From Bigelowiella natans CCMP2755 (taxonomy: Eukaryota; Protista; Cercozoa), in NCBI GenBank assembly GCA_000320545.1, contig ADNK01000133.1:1-41758 (forward strand): DNA of 41,758 nt, read 5' to 3'. The notes under the pieces were generated by a model. It made no database searches. It worked only from the letters and a program-made list of their open reading frames with translations, and was not told the origin of the DNA. The position numbers were made by a program, and so were the translations under genes. Below, one piece after another: positions 1-12,529 of the stretch; positions within the stretch are counted from its first letter, which is position 1, and each line of letters opens with the position of its first letter.

Positions 1-41
1 CATATTGTATATAACCCAGATACGAAGAGCTGGGAGGTGTG

Positions 42-92
<51 letters not shown>

Positions 93-107
93 ATGTGTGT
101 GCTTATT

Positions 108-139
<32 letters not shown>

Positions 140-718
140 ACTGTATTATATCACAATTATGTTAGTTAATGTGCTCTATTATCGGTAGTAGCAATAGTTC
201 GTGTCATGTCCTCTTCTCCCTCTCCTCTTCATGTTGGGACTGTGTTATCATTGCCCCCGAACCTGCTCCTTGCCAAATCATCATCACGACGATCGTCTTT
301 GCTGCTATTCACCCTGCCTATTCACCCTGCCCACCCCCCTCTCTTGCCACACAGATGGTGACATCTCTGGACGAAAACGGCCTAGTTTTGGTAAGCAGCA
401 GAAGTGATTTGATTTTGTTCTTTCTCTCACAAGAAGAGGGCCTCGATGCATATTGTATTAAACGTGTCATTCTAAAGTGCTGTTACATCTTACAACCTGC
501 ACGATTTGGTAGGCATTTTCCTCGAAAGGGGCGACGGTGGCGCTCACTCCTGACAGGGTGCTTGATGCCTTTCCTCCCCTCAACTTACTGACGACGACGA
601 TGATGATAAATATACACATAATCGTGAGCAAGCCGATTCAGATCATGCCTTTTCTTCTTCCCCTCCCCTATTGTTATCATCAACATTACATGCATACATT
701 TTAAAAAAATATCTAAAT

Positions 719-750
<32 letters not shown>

Positions 751-1230
751 TATATATATATATATATATATATTTATATTGTATGCACATATCGAAAGTC
801 TAATTTGTTGCTCCCCTCCCCCCTTTCCATCTACAGGTGCTAAAGAGGTCGTGGCGCGTATACGATGTGGACAAGAAAGACTACGTCACCGAGGCAAAGA
901 TCGAAGTCCTACCGAGGAAGGATAAGACACCGTAAGATGATGATGATGATGATGACGATGGTGATGATGACGATGGTGACGACGACGATAACGATGATCA
1001 TGATGAAAATGATAGTGTCGGTCGCCGAAGAACACAGAGGCATTGATACTCTTGTCCGTATGTATGTGCGTCCTTATCTCTCTATGTGCGTGTTTGTAAT
1101 GTAGCTTTTGAATCGCTGTTGAGCTTCTGTTGTTGTGCGTATTATCATCAGCTCACGTAGCATACCAACGAGAGCGCCGACTCCTCACCCTGGTACTATG
1201 CGCTCATGTTTGCCTTAGTTGTGCCTTTAA

Positions 1231-1270
<40 letters not shown>

Positions 1271-1912
1271 TATAATCTGCTATTATCATAATTATCGTTT
1301 TCTTCTTCTCCTCCTTCAGTTGTCGGTAGCAGCAGCAAACCTGTGGTCATCAAATCCACAACACCACGAAAAAAGAAGAAGAATCCCTCCTCTCCTAGCA
1401 AAAAGACGACGAAGAGCATGCCAAGGTGGTACGCATGGGGCAATTTTTGACTCCTATATTGTACTTATCGAGCACACACTCATGCTGCACACATGTGTTT
1501 GTTAATTAATGCGTATCATAATTTCTCGTAAAATTGCCATGACCCGCCGGGTAAAAAACACAAATTCAACCCAACACTACCGCAACAGCTCGACGTCATC
1601 AACGAGTCATCATCACTCCAAGAGCAAAAACGACAAGCGGCACTCTTCTTCTTCTTCTTCCTCGTCTGGAAGTCGAGACTCGCATTATTCGTCATCATCG
1701 TCTTCATCGTCATCTCGGCACTCCACACCTACCCGCAGCCCCACCCCCTACCCCACACAAATGCGGAGCAGCAGCGGCAGCAGAGGCGCAAGAGGGCAAT
1801 ACGGCAATTATATCCAAGTACGTTTATGCATTCTTCCCCCCCCCCCCCCTCCCCTTCAACATGATAAATACAAACAACCCCATACATACAAACGGACTAA
1901 CAATGTGTGACG

Positions 1913-1946
<34 letters not shown>

Positions 1947-3114
1947 ATGCTGAGAGCTTGCTTATCAGATATGAATAGTGCCTTGCTTACGTGTGGAGCT
2001 TCGAGAGAATCGTCTCTCTTTTATCATGTTGGATGTTCATCATCACTGCTATTACCACTAACAACTCCTCCTCCTCCCTCTCCTACCACTGCAGGGAGAG
2101 GACTACAGACAATATCCCTCTTCTACCGGGGGGGGTAGGGGAGGAGGAAGTGGCAGTAGTAACCCTGGCGTGATGCAGATTCAGTTCATCTTTCCTATCC
2201 TCGACGACATGGTAATAGAAATAATAGTGAAGGAGGAGGAGGAGGAGGAGGAGGAGGAGGAGGACGTGTGAAAAAGGGGGGAGGGGGGGGGGATATGGAA
2301 GGCAAGCTCCAGAGTCAGTCACCGATAGCAGCTACCTCCTCGTCCCTTGACGAATTGACCTGATATGTGTTTCAATCCACCCCCGCCCTTTCTCGTCAGT
2401 ATGATGACGAATACCAGTCGCTACAGGATTGGGTATACGACGTGGTGCTGTTGGCCATGCAACCGTGGGGCGTCACTGAGGACGAGATAGAAGTGCAGCT
2501 CCTCCAGCATAGGGATAGCATCGAAAGCGACGTTATCGTTCTGTGCAATGAATACGCTTGTCCTCCTGGGAACCCCGTCGAGCAGCGGGTTGATGTTTGT
2601 TGTTGTCATATACTAGCATAGTAGTAGTAGTAGTAGTAGTAGTAGGAGTTGTTGTTGCTCTTGCTCTTGCTATTGTAGTTGTAGTTGTAGTAGAATACTT
2701 GTCACAAAGCATAGAAGTAGTGGTAGTAGTAGTTGTAGTAGTAGTGGTGGCATGGAAATAATAGTATCTACGGGTGAAGAATGACCGACGCCCACGCCTC
2801 AAGAATCAATGCTATTCTGGCCTTGTGGTGATGTTGTTATGGTGCTGCTGCTTTCGCTCCTTTTTCGTCTTCTCTCGCGCCTATTCATTGCTACTGCTCT
2901 TTTCTTGCTCACTGTCAGCTGAGCGAGATCACGAAGCAGTCCCTCCCCCCCACGGATGCACTTGATGTTCCATCGGTGATGGTCGCAACAGGGGGGGGCA
3001 ACAGCGCTCCTGGGAGCATCGTGGGGACGAATGCGATTGTACCATCGGGAGGAGGGTCGTCGTACGCTAGCAGCCATCCACTACTGGATACGCATGGAGA
3101 CTGGTGAGAGGAGG

Positions 3115-3169
<55 letters not shown>

Positions 3170-4251
3170 GAGAGAGAAGTGAGAAGGTAGAGGGTCAGCA
3201 TGCTGTTGTTGTTCGTCGTGTTATCGTACATCTTCTTTCTTCAACTGACAACGATGCAGTGTGCTACTACTACTACTTGATCCCTCGCCTAGGAATAAGC
3301 GAATAAATATACTATCACTATCACCCAGGATGATGCGTGGAGGCAGTGGTGGTCTTGACTATTCTGGCGCTGGCGGGGGGGGATACGGCGGGGGTGGGGG
3401 GAGATATCAGCAGGACTTCTACGATCGAAGGGGCGGCTCCTCATCGTCAGTCTTTAGCCTCCGAAACTTTGCTATCATCGCGGTGCGTTTATCACCACTC
3501 AATTCGCAGCACAAGCGACATATTCCATCCTGAAGAGGAGAGAATAATCAGAGAGTATTATAGCCCTTATGATGATACACAAGTCCGCCCTGTGGTTGTT
3601 CATTCGTTACTACGACTTTGTTGATGATTAGGGGGGCGCTATTTTCGTTGGGGTGTCTATGCTTCTCTGCTGCAATAAGGAGGACAGGGTGGTTTGCTTC
3701 CCTTTATTGATGATGATGATTATGAATTGATTATATATGTAGTAATACTGTGGAAATAATAGTATTAGTGCAGCAGCGCGCTCCACAGGGGAAGAGCGGG
3801 GAGAGGGGGGGGGGGGGGGCAAAGGGGTTACCAACGAACAATTACTACCACTATTCTTCTTGCATTCTGCTCATCATCGTCCTCGTCGTTTTCATAGCTA
3901 GTTGCTCCAAGAACAACATCGCCACTATCATGTTCTGCACAATCTTCTTCTGCTTCTTCTTCTTCTTCTTCTTCATCGTCGTCGTCGTGGCGAAACAACT
4001 TATATGTTCGCACTTGCCGGTAACGTGAAGGTCGGTTTCAGCAAGAAGTACGACGAGATTCCGTTGGAAGAGGGCGTTTCAAAGGTGGGGGTGAGATTGT
4101 TGTCTTTTATGCAGATAGCTGTGTTGGCTTTAGAGACATTACAGCAGGATGTTGTTCAGCGTGAGCATGCTACTGCGCATGGCTGTGTTTGATGGTTGTT
4201 TATCGGTCGATACAGGGAGGGGTAAACCCGTTCGGAGGAAAAGTATTTTAA
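1..4251 (+). CDS. Partial multi-exon gene: Ser/Pro/Gly-rich putative single-pass (type I-like) membrane protein
   Basis: Manual GT-AG splicing gives phase-consistent exons 837-931 (VLKRSWRVYDVDKKDYVTEAKIEVLPRKDKTP), 1152- (SRSIPTRAPTPHP), 1320- (VVGSSSKPVVIKSTT...) and the Ser-rich exon in ORF 1509-1910. Further exons lie at ~2400-2587 and ~3329-3482 (...NFAIIA), then a hydrophobic exon ~3631 (GGAIFVGVSMLLCC), tail exon 4031-4084 (VGFSKKYDEIPLEEGVSK) and last exon 4216-4251 (GGVNPFGGKVF*). The 5' end is outside the window and some internal exons are uncertain. Confidence 0.6.
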
Positions 4252-4342
4252 GCTACGACTAGCAAATTCATCCAATATGTCACCGGGTGGTAGTAATAAT
4301 AATAATTGCTGGGACTATGGGCTATTGGAAAATCAAAACTGA

Positions 4343-4392
<50 letters not shown>

Positions 4393-5315
4393 ATAGCTGG
4401 GCTAGCGGGCTTGAGTATCGTATATTATCTGGTATTAATATAAGCAAAGCAAGTACAACGATGCGCCATGCGGATGTAGCAGCAGGCTAGCAGGGTAATA
4501 TGTGGATGCTATATAATGGTGCGTGCGTGTGTGGCCACATATGCGATACTGCATTATTGCATATACTACTTAACGAAACAGCATGCTACATGTGATCAGT
4601 CGGTATAATAACCATGCAATAAACTCAAAGAATCACTGGTTTGCCTGTGCTTATTAAGAGCGAGCTCTAAAGCGCTGCTGTAGTACGTAGCATTGCATGC
4701 GATTGTACATACAGTCATCACGGCTAGCTAGCTAGATGGTGTGCATGGCGCATCACATGCATGCATTGTGCACACCTAGACACTGCTATTGCGATGCGTG
4801 TACGTCGATGTAGCACTATGTCTATTGTTAGCACAACAACACACTACGCGCACTTATACATGCGCCCATTTGCTACATCTAGCTGTGCAGTCAATGATGG
4901 ACATACTGACATTTTGTTGGCCATCTATAGGTCATGGATGCATGCGTGGCATGCATGTCATGCAGCTACAGTCTACCATGCTATATAGCATGGCAAGCAG
5001 ACAAGAGTCGCGTCTAGGCGTGTACATGCCTATGTGCATGAACCTCGACCACGTTGTTCATGTTCTGTACGTAGTGATTGTACATGCCGCTTTTCATCAT
5101 TTACACAACGTACATACACAGTATCGATGTATCGATCGCCTTTAACCGCTAGGTAGACACATGCGTTACACTGCGCCAATAGCATGTTTGTGAGACAATG
5201 CTTCGCTCTCGTTTCGTCGCAGCGATGCCAAATACATTCGATCTGCATGCAAAATTGGATTGGCTGCAGTGCTTACTTTGGGTGCGACGTTACGTGGCCT
5301 CCCACAGATAATTGC

Positions 5316-5913
5316 TCACGTTGATTCCCATCCGTCGTCATCATCATCGTCATCATCTTCCTCAATGATCCTAGGGGGAGGTTTGGCAGTCAGAATCTGT
5401 GTGGAGAGCTGTTCATCTGCCTCGTCTAAGCTGGGCAGCGCGTCGCCGGTAGATGCATGCTTTTCCTCAGATAACGATGATGGACCTGCAACAAGAAAAA
5501 TAAGAGTTTTAAGTAGGAAAATGATGCAAGCGGCGTTGCTAATTGATGGGTATTATTATTCCTCCTCTTTATGTCATTTTATGCCTCATCACAATCTCCG
5601 ACTCTCTCTCTATTTCTCTCTCTCTCTCTCTCTTCGACACACAGGACAAAGCCTTCCACGCAATCGTGATCTATGTCTTACCGTCGTCCAAATTTGGAAG
5701 CGAATTGCGTGGTGAAGAGGGCGCCAAAGTGTTTCTTCTCGGTAGACTTCTTTTCGGAAGCTTGCTGGTACTAGGAATGGCAAGTGACTGCCGTTTAATC
5801 TCCACTTTTCCACCAATGGCCTTTCGATGGCGAGCGAGGCGCGCTCGCAACTGGCCCATCATATCCATGGGGGGAGGTTCTTGCTTTTTCTGCAATAAAT
5901 ATATAAATAAATA

Positions 5914-5959
<46 letters not shown>

Positions 5960-6515
5960 CATATTAATTATTTATTATATGAGCTGAAAATATGAACGAT
6001 CTTCCAGGCATGGAGATTTTCATGAAAAAATGCACGCGTGGATGAAAGTATCGAGTGATGAAAACCGTATCTCCTCCTTCCTAGCCCCCCTCGTCCACCC
6101 CCTCATTCCCTCTCCTAATTCTTGCCTTTGCTTTGCTGGATTTTTTGGAGGCTTTTTTGAGTTTCTTCCCTGCTCTGATAGCCATCAGGAGGTCGTTTCT
6201 CCCGCCGCCGCCGCCGCCGTCACTACTACTTGGTGCGGGGGCTTCTGCAGCCGGAGTGGCACTGGGAGGGGGAGGCAGACCGCCATCCATTTGCGGTGGG
6301 GGAGCCAATCCACTTCCCACAGGGGGAAGGCTAGGAGGAGGAGGAATACCCGCTTGCATCGGAGGTGGAGGGATGCCTTTCAGGAGTATTATGTTGTATT
6401 ATTAATGAGGCAATGTTGCTTGTAGTAGTTGTGGTGCTCATCATCAAACATACTACTCGGTACTGTCTTTCTGGCAACTTGCAATTGAAATGGAACATAC
6501 ATGCTTCCTTTCATA

Positions 6516-6546
<31 letters not shown>

Positions 6547-8251
6547 TCTCACCAGATGCAGCACCGGGCGCTCCCCCCCCAGCAGCTACTGGCGGTGGAG
6601 GAATGCTACCCCCACCTGCACCTGAAGGAAGATCAGATGTCCCACCAGCAGGTGGCAAGTCAATGTCGGGCAGTTCTGGAAGATCCATATTTCCCTGCTG
6701 AGGCTGCTTTTTGGAGGGTCCAGCGATAGGCGGCAAGTCTTTGAGATCAGTCATATTGAGGTCTTTTAGGTTTCCAAGCGACGGTGCGATCGAGGAGCCT
6801 TCCATCTGGGACAGGAATGAGATGTCAGCGAGCTGGCCAAGAGGAAGATTCTCTGGAAGGTCGAGGGTGGGAAGCTCTTCAATCTGTGGATTGTACTTGA
6901 GCGCCTCCATCGGGTTGTCGAAGGAGGGTAGATCAGCCCCTTCTACCAGTGTGAGGGGTGCTGCAGCAAGCTCCTGGTCTTGTACGACGTCTTTCTCCTT
7001 CGTCAGAGCGGAAACTAAATTGTCAAATGATGAGTAGTCCTTGTACCTGATAACGAGAAGAGTGCCGAATATGGTGAAGAACAGATCATGGGAAGAATGG
7101 CAAATAAGCATGTTATTATATTTCCCCATGGACATAAGCGACATGCAGCAGGTTAAGAGGAGGAGGAGGGGGAGGAGTGTCAACAAACAAAGAGGACAAA
7201 GTGGCCGATGTGCATTCATTCTTCTTATCAAAATCGTTATTTTGTTACGGATTCTCGCTCGAGTTGAAGAGCAGAGTGCTGCTCACTGAGGGTAGATAGC
7301 CTGGCAACTTTCCTAGGCCCTCCTCCTTCGCACTTTGTCTTTTCCGTTTTTCCTCCTCCCCGGGACTATTCTTCTCCAAAAGCTTTGTGAGATCAATAAA
7401 CAGCTCGGAAGTGTTTGCTCGTTCAGCGGTGGCATTATTGTCTGCCTGCGTAAGCTTAACACTTGTCCAACTCGGCCTTGAAAGATGGTTGGTGTCCTCG
7501 TTGTAAAGTCGGCCAACAGCTGGTAATGACTCTGGAGCGGGATACCTATAAAGGTAGGTGGGGTAATATTAAATTAGGTGCTACAAATCAAACACCACAC
7601 CAGATATTTATATCAAATGCCGCATAACTATTTATTGCTGTTCTAAAGATGTGTTCATATTTCCAAAGAAGAGTGGGTCATTTAGGGTTTGTTACTTGCA
7701 TGCCGAAAACACTGTAGTGGCCCTTTTTTTGCCCTCCCTTTCAAGCGTCTCGACTTTAGAGCGGCATACGTCAACTCTCTTCACAATCCCTTCGAATTTC
7801 TGACGCTCTATAGCTATCCGCGCGGAAACACGACTGAACGCATCGTCAATTGTCTGAGGTGGGAGAAAGATCAATTGCTTCAGTTAATCGATGTGCCAGT
7901 CTCTGGAAGGTCGCAACAGACAACCTTATCAAGATGTTCCAAACTGTCTAATGCTTGTTGGAGCGCCTGGACGCGCGGAAGGTTGTGCAGTACGACTGTG
8001 ATTTCAACAAACGGAGAATCAGCTTACGCCATTGCATATCTCACTAATATCCCTCAATGTTAATACCAGGTAGATATAGAAGGGGAAGGAGATGCATGAT
8101 CGAGAGAGAGAGGGGGGGGGGGGGGGGAGAGAGAGAGAGAAAGAAATAGAAAGGGGATAAATGGTTGATACATATTTTGTGGATTTGTATTACTTGGAAC
8201 ATGATAACGTTTGTCATGAGAAGTTAGCGTAATTGGATCCTGTGTGGGCAT
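5316..8251 (-). CDS. WASH1: WASH complex subunit 1 (Arp2/3 nucleation-promoting factor), multi-exon
   Basis: Spliced N-terminus MPTQDPITLTSHDKRYHVPIVLHNLPRVQALQQALDSLEHLDK / TIDDAFSRVSARIAIERQKF...ATTVFS resembles the WAHD domain. Also present: LKYNPQIEELPTLDLPENLPLGQLADISF, poly-Pro region, WH2 (GRNDLLMAIRAGKKLKK), central helix (MDMMGQLRARLARHRKAIGG) and acidic end with Trp (EEDDDDDDDDGWEST*). Confidence 0.9.
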
Positions 8252-10286
8252 GGCACTTTGCCTAAGTAATAACAGCAACATTAACGAACACTGCTCGTTG
8301 CTGCACCAGGTTTCCATAAAAAAAAAAACAGGTATAGCTTATGAACGCAAACTACGCCACCATCACCTGCAAGCAAGCACCGATTATCTCAAGCAAATGT
8401 TTCAGACTTTAATGTTTTGTAATATATTTTTATATGCTCCCAATAATTTTATTTATTCTAATGTTGTTATGTCGTTACATAATATTTAATTAGAATTGTG
8501 ATAATGAATGATATGTATGGCGCATACAGAGGTCTTGTTGGGGGATTTCTACGAGATTTTACACGAACATTTTCAGTTTCAAATTATGCGACTTTATCTA
8601 AAATGAAGGGAATTTTCCTTGAAAATGTTGTGTCTTAAGCCTCCTGTTGTTGTTTTCCAGGTGATCTGCAAGAACAATAATGTCTCATCAACAAGAGATT
8701 CGAATTGATCAAGAAATTTCTTGGACAATGCATTTCCATCTACAGAAATATCCACTTCGATGTGCTACGGTATCCTTTTGTAGAGAATCTCGAGAGATTG
8801 ATAAATAATGTTGTGTGACTTGGATATTTTACCTTAAAGGCTCTCAGAAATGGCCCGAAAGCATTCACATGGATGAATTGGTTTCACAATTGACTTTTGC
8901 CATTCATCAGGGGCCTTTCGACAGCCATTGAGAAAGGTTAACGAGATTTTTCCCTTGAAAAAGAGTACACACTGGCGTATTACATACCATACCTTTTTAA
9001 ATGGGCCTTAAAAAACAAGAGAATTAACTGTTAGAATCGAAACCTCAAAAAATTCTTGACACAAAAAAATGTAAAAATCCATATGGAAATAACCAGCATT
9101 TTCGTGGTTGATCCACTTTTTGAGTTGTTTGTGTTGTTAGGATGGCAAATAATTAATGGTTTCAAAAGTTGTGCTCAGATTCTCTTGCTTTGATTAAATA
9201 AATAATTCTTTACACTCAAAATAAATTACATATATGTGATGCGACAAATAAAATTCCATTTACACATAACATAATACGTCAAAGTAATTTTATTTTATAA
9301 ATCTTACATTTTGGCAGTTTTGTTGACCATGCCAATGTTACGAATCTTTATAGAAGAATGTAATCAAATTTGATACATGTATACGACAATAAAATATAGC
9401 ATAGTTTGTCATATATCATCAATGTGATTTTTTTTTTTTTTAGGATTTAAAACTTTGATCTCTTATTTTACAACCGTAAACACAAATCTGGTTAACCTTA
9501 CGGCTAAATAATTATAAGAACTGGAATACTTTTTTAAAACAGTATATTTTCCTAAAATGAAGGAGAACTAAAAATTGTTTGCAACTTCTCGAATATTTTA
9601 CAGCCATCAGAAAGGTTTTACTTTCTCATGAATAGAAAATATTGCTGAATAATATATTCAAACTCAAAAATATTGCTCAACTGTTCGGAATGATTCTTTG
9701 AAAGTTAATACGACATGTCTATTTGTATATTTTAATATACTTTATCGTATATTTCATAAAGATAGTAAAATTAAATTAGCATGCAGCAGCTATTTAATCT
9801 GAGAGCAAGAAACAAGAGAATTTCAGATCTAGATAATCCTTTGCGGAACAAAGTCAATTATTAGATTTAGGAGAAATATTACCATCTTAAAAAATATGGA
9901 TGGTCGTCATTTAAAATTTCCATGAATTTTTTCATTTTGTTAAAACTGAAGAGCAGTCACCAAGAATTAAGTGACTTCTAACCTAATTCGGAACGGAGGC
10001 CGCCCCTCCGCAAGTAAATTTACTCTACGCTAACTCCTAAGGGACCAACCACGCACAGGTTATCCTTTTCACATTTTCATTTAATTATGAATGGGGATGA
10101 TTCCCCTTGAGTTTGGGCGGTTTCATATTGAAGTGTTGATGCCATTTTGCTCTATGTAAGTACCCTACTAATAGATAGATGGTAGTCAATGTCTCGCAGC
10201 CTCATATAAGATAATGGATAAATTCATTCAACAATCATTGAAGGATTATTGAATTGGAGGCACAAATATTTTTTGTATAATTTTAG

Positions 10287-11843
10287 ATGTCAATTAAACG
10301 ACCACCCTCCAAGAAAAATCCTGCAAAAGTAAAGATCGAGGCAATGGAGGATAAAAATGCGAGGAAGAAATCATCCCGCGAGCTGTTCATCTCTAATGAT
10401 ATCATCGACCGATCTCGCAATACTTCTTCCAATAGTCCTAAATCAACTCGTACCGTTGTTCCTGAACCTAAAATCCTGTCTATTTTACCTGGATTCCTTG
10501 TAGAAGACTCATTCGTTCTTGAATTTAATCCCACCACGGGGCTATTGACAAAGAAAATCAGAGCGCCTGGATCTATTCCGATTCGGAGGTAATTCTTTCT
10601 TTTCTAAACCTTAATTTAAAACAGTGAAGAGTTTAGTGACCTTTAGGTTACTGTATTCATTTCAATGGTTGCATTTTTCAGGCCTCCAATCCGTGTCGCT
10701 GGTACAATCTATGGCGACTCCGAATCCGCTGCATTCACCTTGGGCAAATCGCACAATATTAGAGACAATATAATGAAATATGGACATGCTTTGAGAGGAA
10801 GTGCAGTCTCTCCGACTCTTCCAATGGAACAAGAAAGCTCGAACAAAGATTCTCGGCCGACTGAAGTTGGATCAAACTGGAAGAATTCTTCTGACTCTAA
10901 TTCTCGGATTGCCGTATCGACTTCTAGAACCACTCTGAGGAAGAGGAATAGGAAAGCCGTCGAGAAAGTCGAAGGTAATGTTCAGACTAAGGCTCCACCA
11001 TCAGCAACCAAGAAAGTAAAAAAACGTAAGTTCCTTCGTCCAAAGACCGCGTACAACTTCTTCCAGCTTGAAATTCACGCAAGCATTTGGAAAAAAGTTA
11101 AGAAGAAGGCCAAAAATTCTGCAGATCGTATGCAACACAACGAATCGGTAGCTCGAACAATTGGCACCAAATGGAAAGCTCTCACAAAGAAGCAAAGACG
11201 AAAATATCAAAAGATGGCAGATCTCGATAAGATTCGCTGCGACCGCGAGAACGCTCTTAATGAAAAACTGGATTCCCAGGAGGCTGCCAATTCTAATGAT
11301 ACTACTTCTAAAATACACGCAGATACGAAAGGATCCTCTTCACAAGTCTGTACACCTAACGCAAAAGAAACTTCAACGGATGTCAAGAAGGATAATCGAA
11401 GTGAAGATAGTAAGAAACCATCTGAGGATTTGAAACTTAAAAGAGATGTACCAGGCAAAAGCGTTAAAAGACATAGGAAAAACGAGAGCATCTTCGAACG
11501 ACCTACCATACCATCTTCACTATGTTTCTCAAGCAACAGCAACATCTTCGATGACGATTCATGCAGCAGCCATGATACGGAGTCTTTCGGGTGCAGGGAT
11601 GAATCGTTGAAGAGCGCGATAAAGAGACGGAGAAGCAATTCTGAATTTCTTCTGGGGATTGAGATGGGTGGAATTAAAGCCGACGGAAATGGCGACCGCC
11701 TTGCGAACCTATACAAACCGCTAGGCCCGGAAACAATGTCATCCTTCGATCCAGGGCATTGGGGAGCTAACATGTTAGATTCAGTACAAACTAACGAAGG
11801 CTCGTTTGCTAAGAGCTGGAGACCAGACACTTTCATTCATTAA
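10287..11843 (+). CDS. HMG-box DNA-binding protein
   Basis: ORF 10665-11843 contains RPKTAYNFF...NESVARTIGTKWKALTKKQRRKYQKMADLDKIR (HMG-box consensus). It is probably joined to ORF 10287-10588 by a GT-AG intron (~10589-10681). The true start may lie further upstream. Confidence 0.8.
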
Positions 11844-12529
11844 ATTCGAATAAAGTCCATATGTAATCCATCGTATATTATATCTTGTGGAGTGCAATGA
11901 ACAGTATATACGGCATACACGCCAGGCATATCAGAAAATAAAAAGATTAAAGAGTAACGAAAAAGATAATTAGTCGTTTCATTTGAGTCTTACAAGTTCC
12001 TGTTTGGATATCGAATCAATAGAACTCTCGGATAATACTAAATCACAATTCCAAACTCCAGATTGCTTGAGACATGAACACTAAAATGACTGTAGCTTTA
12101 CAATATCAATGATTTCAAGTGGTATTGTTAATGTTGAAGCAGAAATTCTTCTGTGTGCACAAACTTTCTTTTCAGAAAAATCTACCTTTTTTTTTAAAAA
12201 ATCAAATTCCCTGGACTTTTTTCAACTCATGCATGTTCGTTTTTTGGGACCGAATCGCAGGGATATTTGTTCATAATGATGATGTATGTACCATTCCTCC
12301 TGGTGTGACCCAGATCTGGGTAGTTTTTCTTCCTGCGAATTTCGCATGAACATATGTAATGACCACACAGGAATTTCATTTCTCCGAGATCGGTAGTGAC
12401 CCTAGATTCCAGGGAATTCAATTTCATGGATTTTTTTTCCATGCTGTCGCCATTTAAACCTTGAATTAATTAAGAAGCTAAAGTGCACATAACAGAACCC
12501 AACATGCATTCGCAATGTGATGTCTAGAT

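Noticed and set aside
933-1020. TAA followed in frame by poly-Asp codons, suggesting stop readthrough or a variant genetic code
   Set aside because: The TAA lies in a GTAAG splice donor and the next exon continues in phase. The GAT repeat is an intronic microsatellite, and other genes here end in ordinary TAA/TGA.
11207-11836. Long antisense ORFs overlapping real genes (also 32841-33857 and 17411-17875)
   Set aside because: They are shadow frames of the HMG-box, MSP1 and RT coding strands, with no domain signal.
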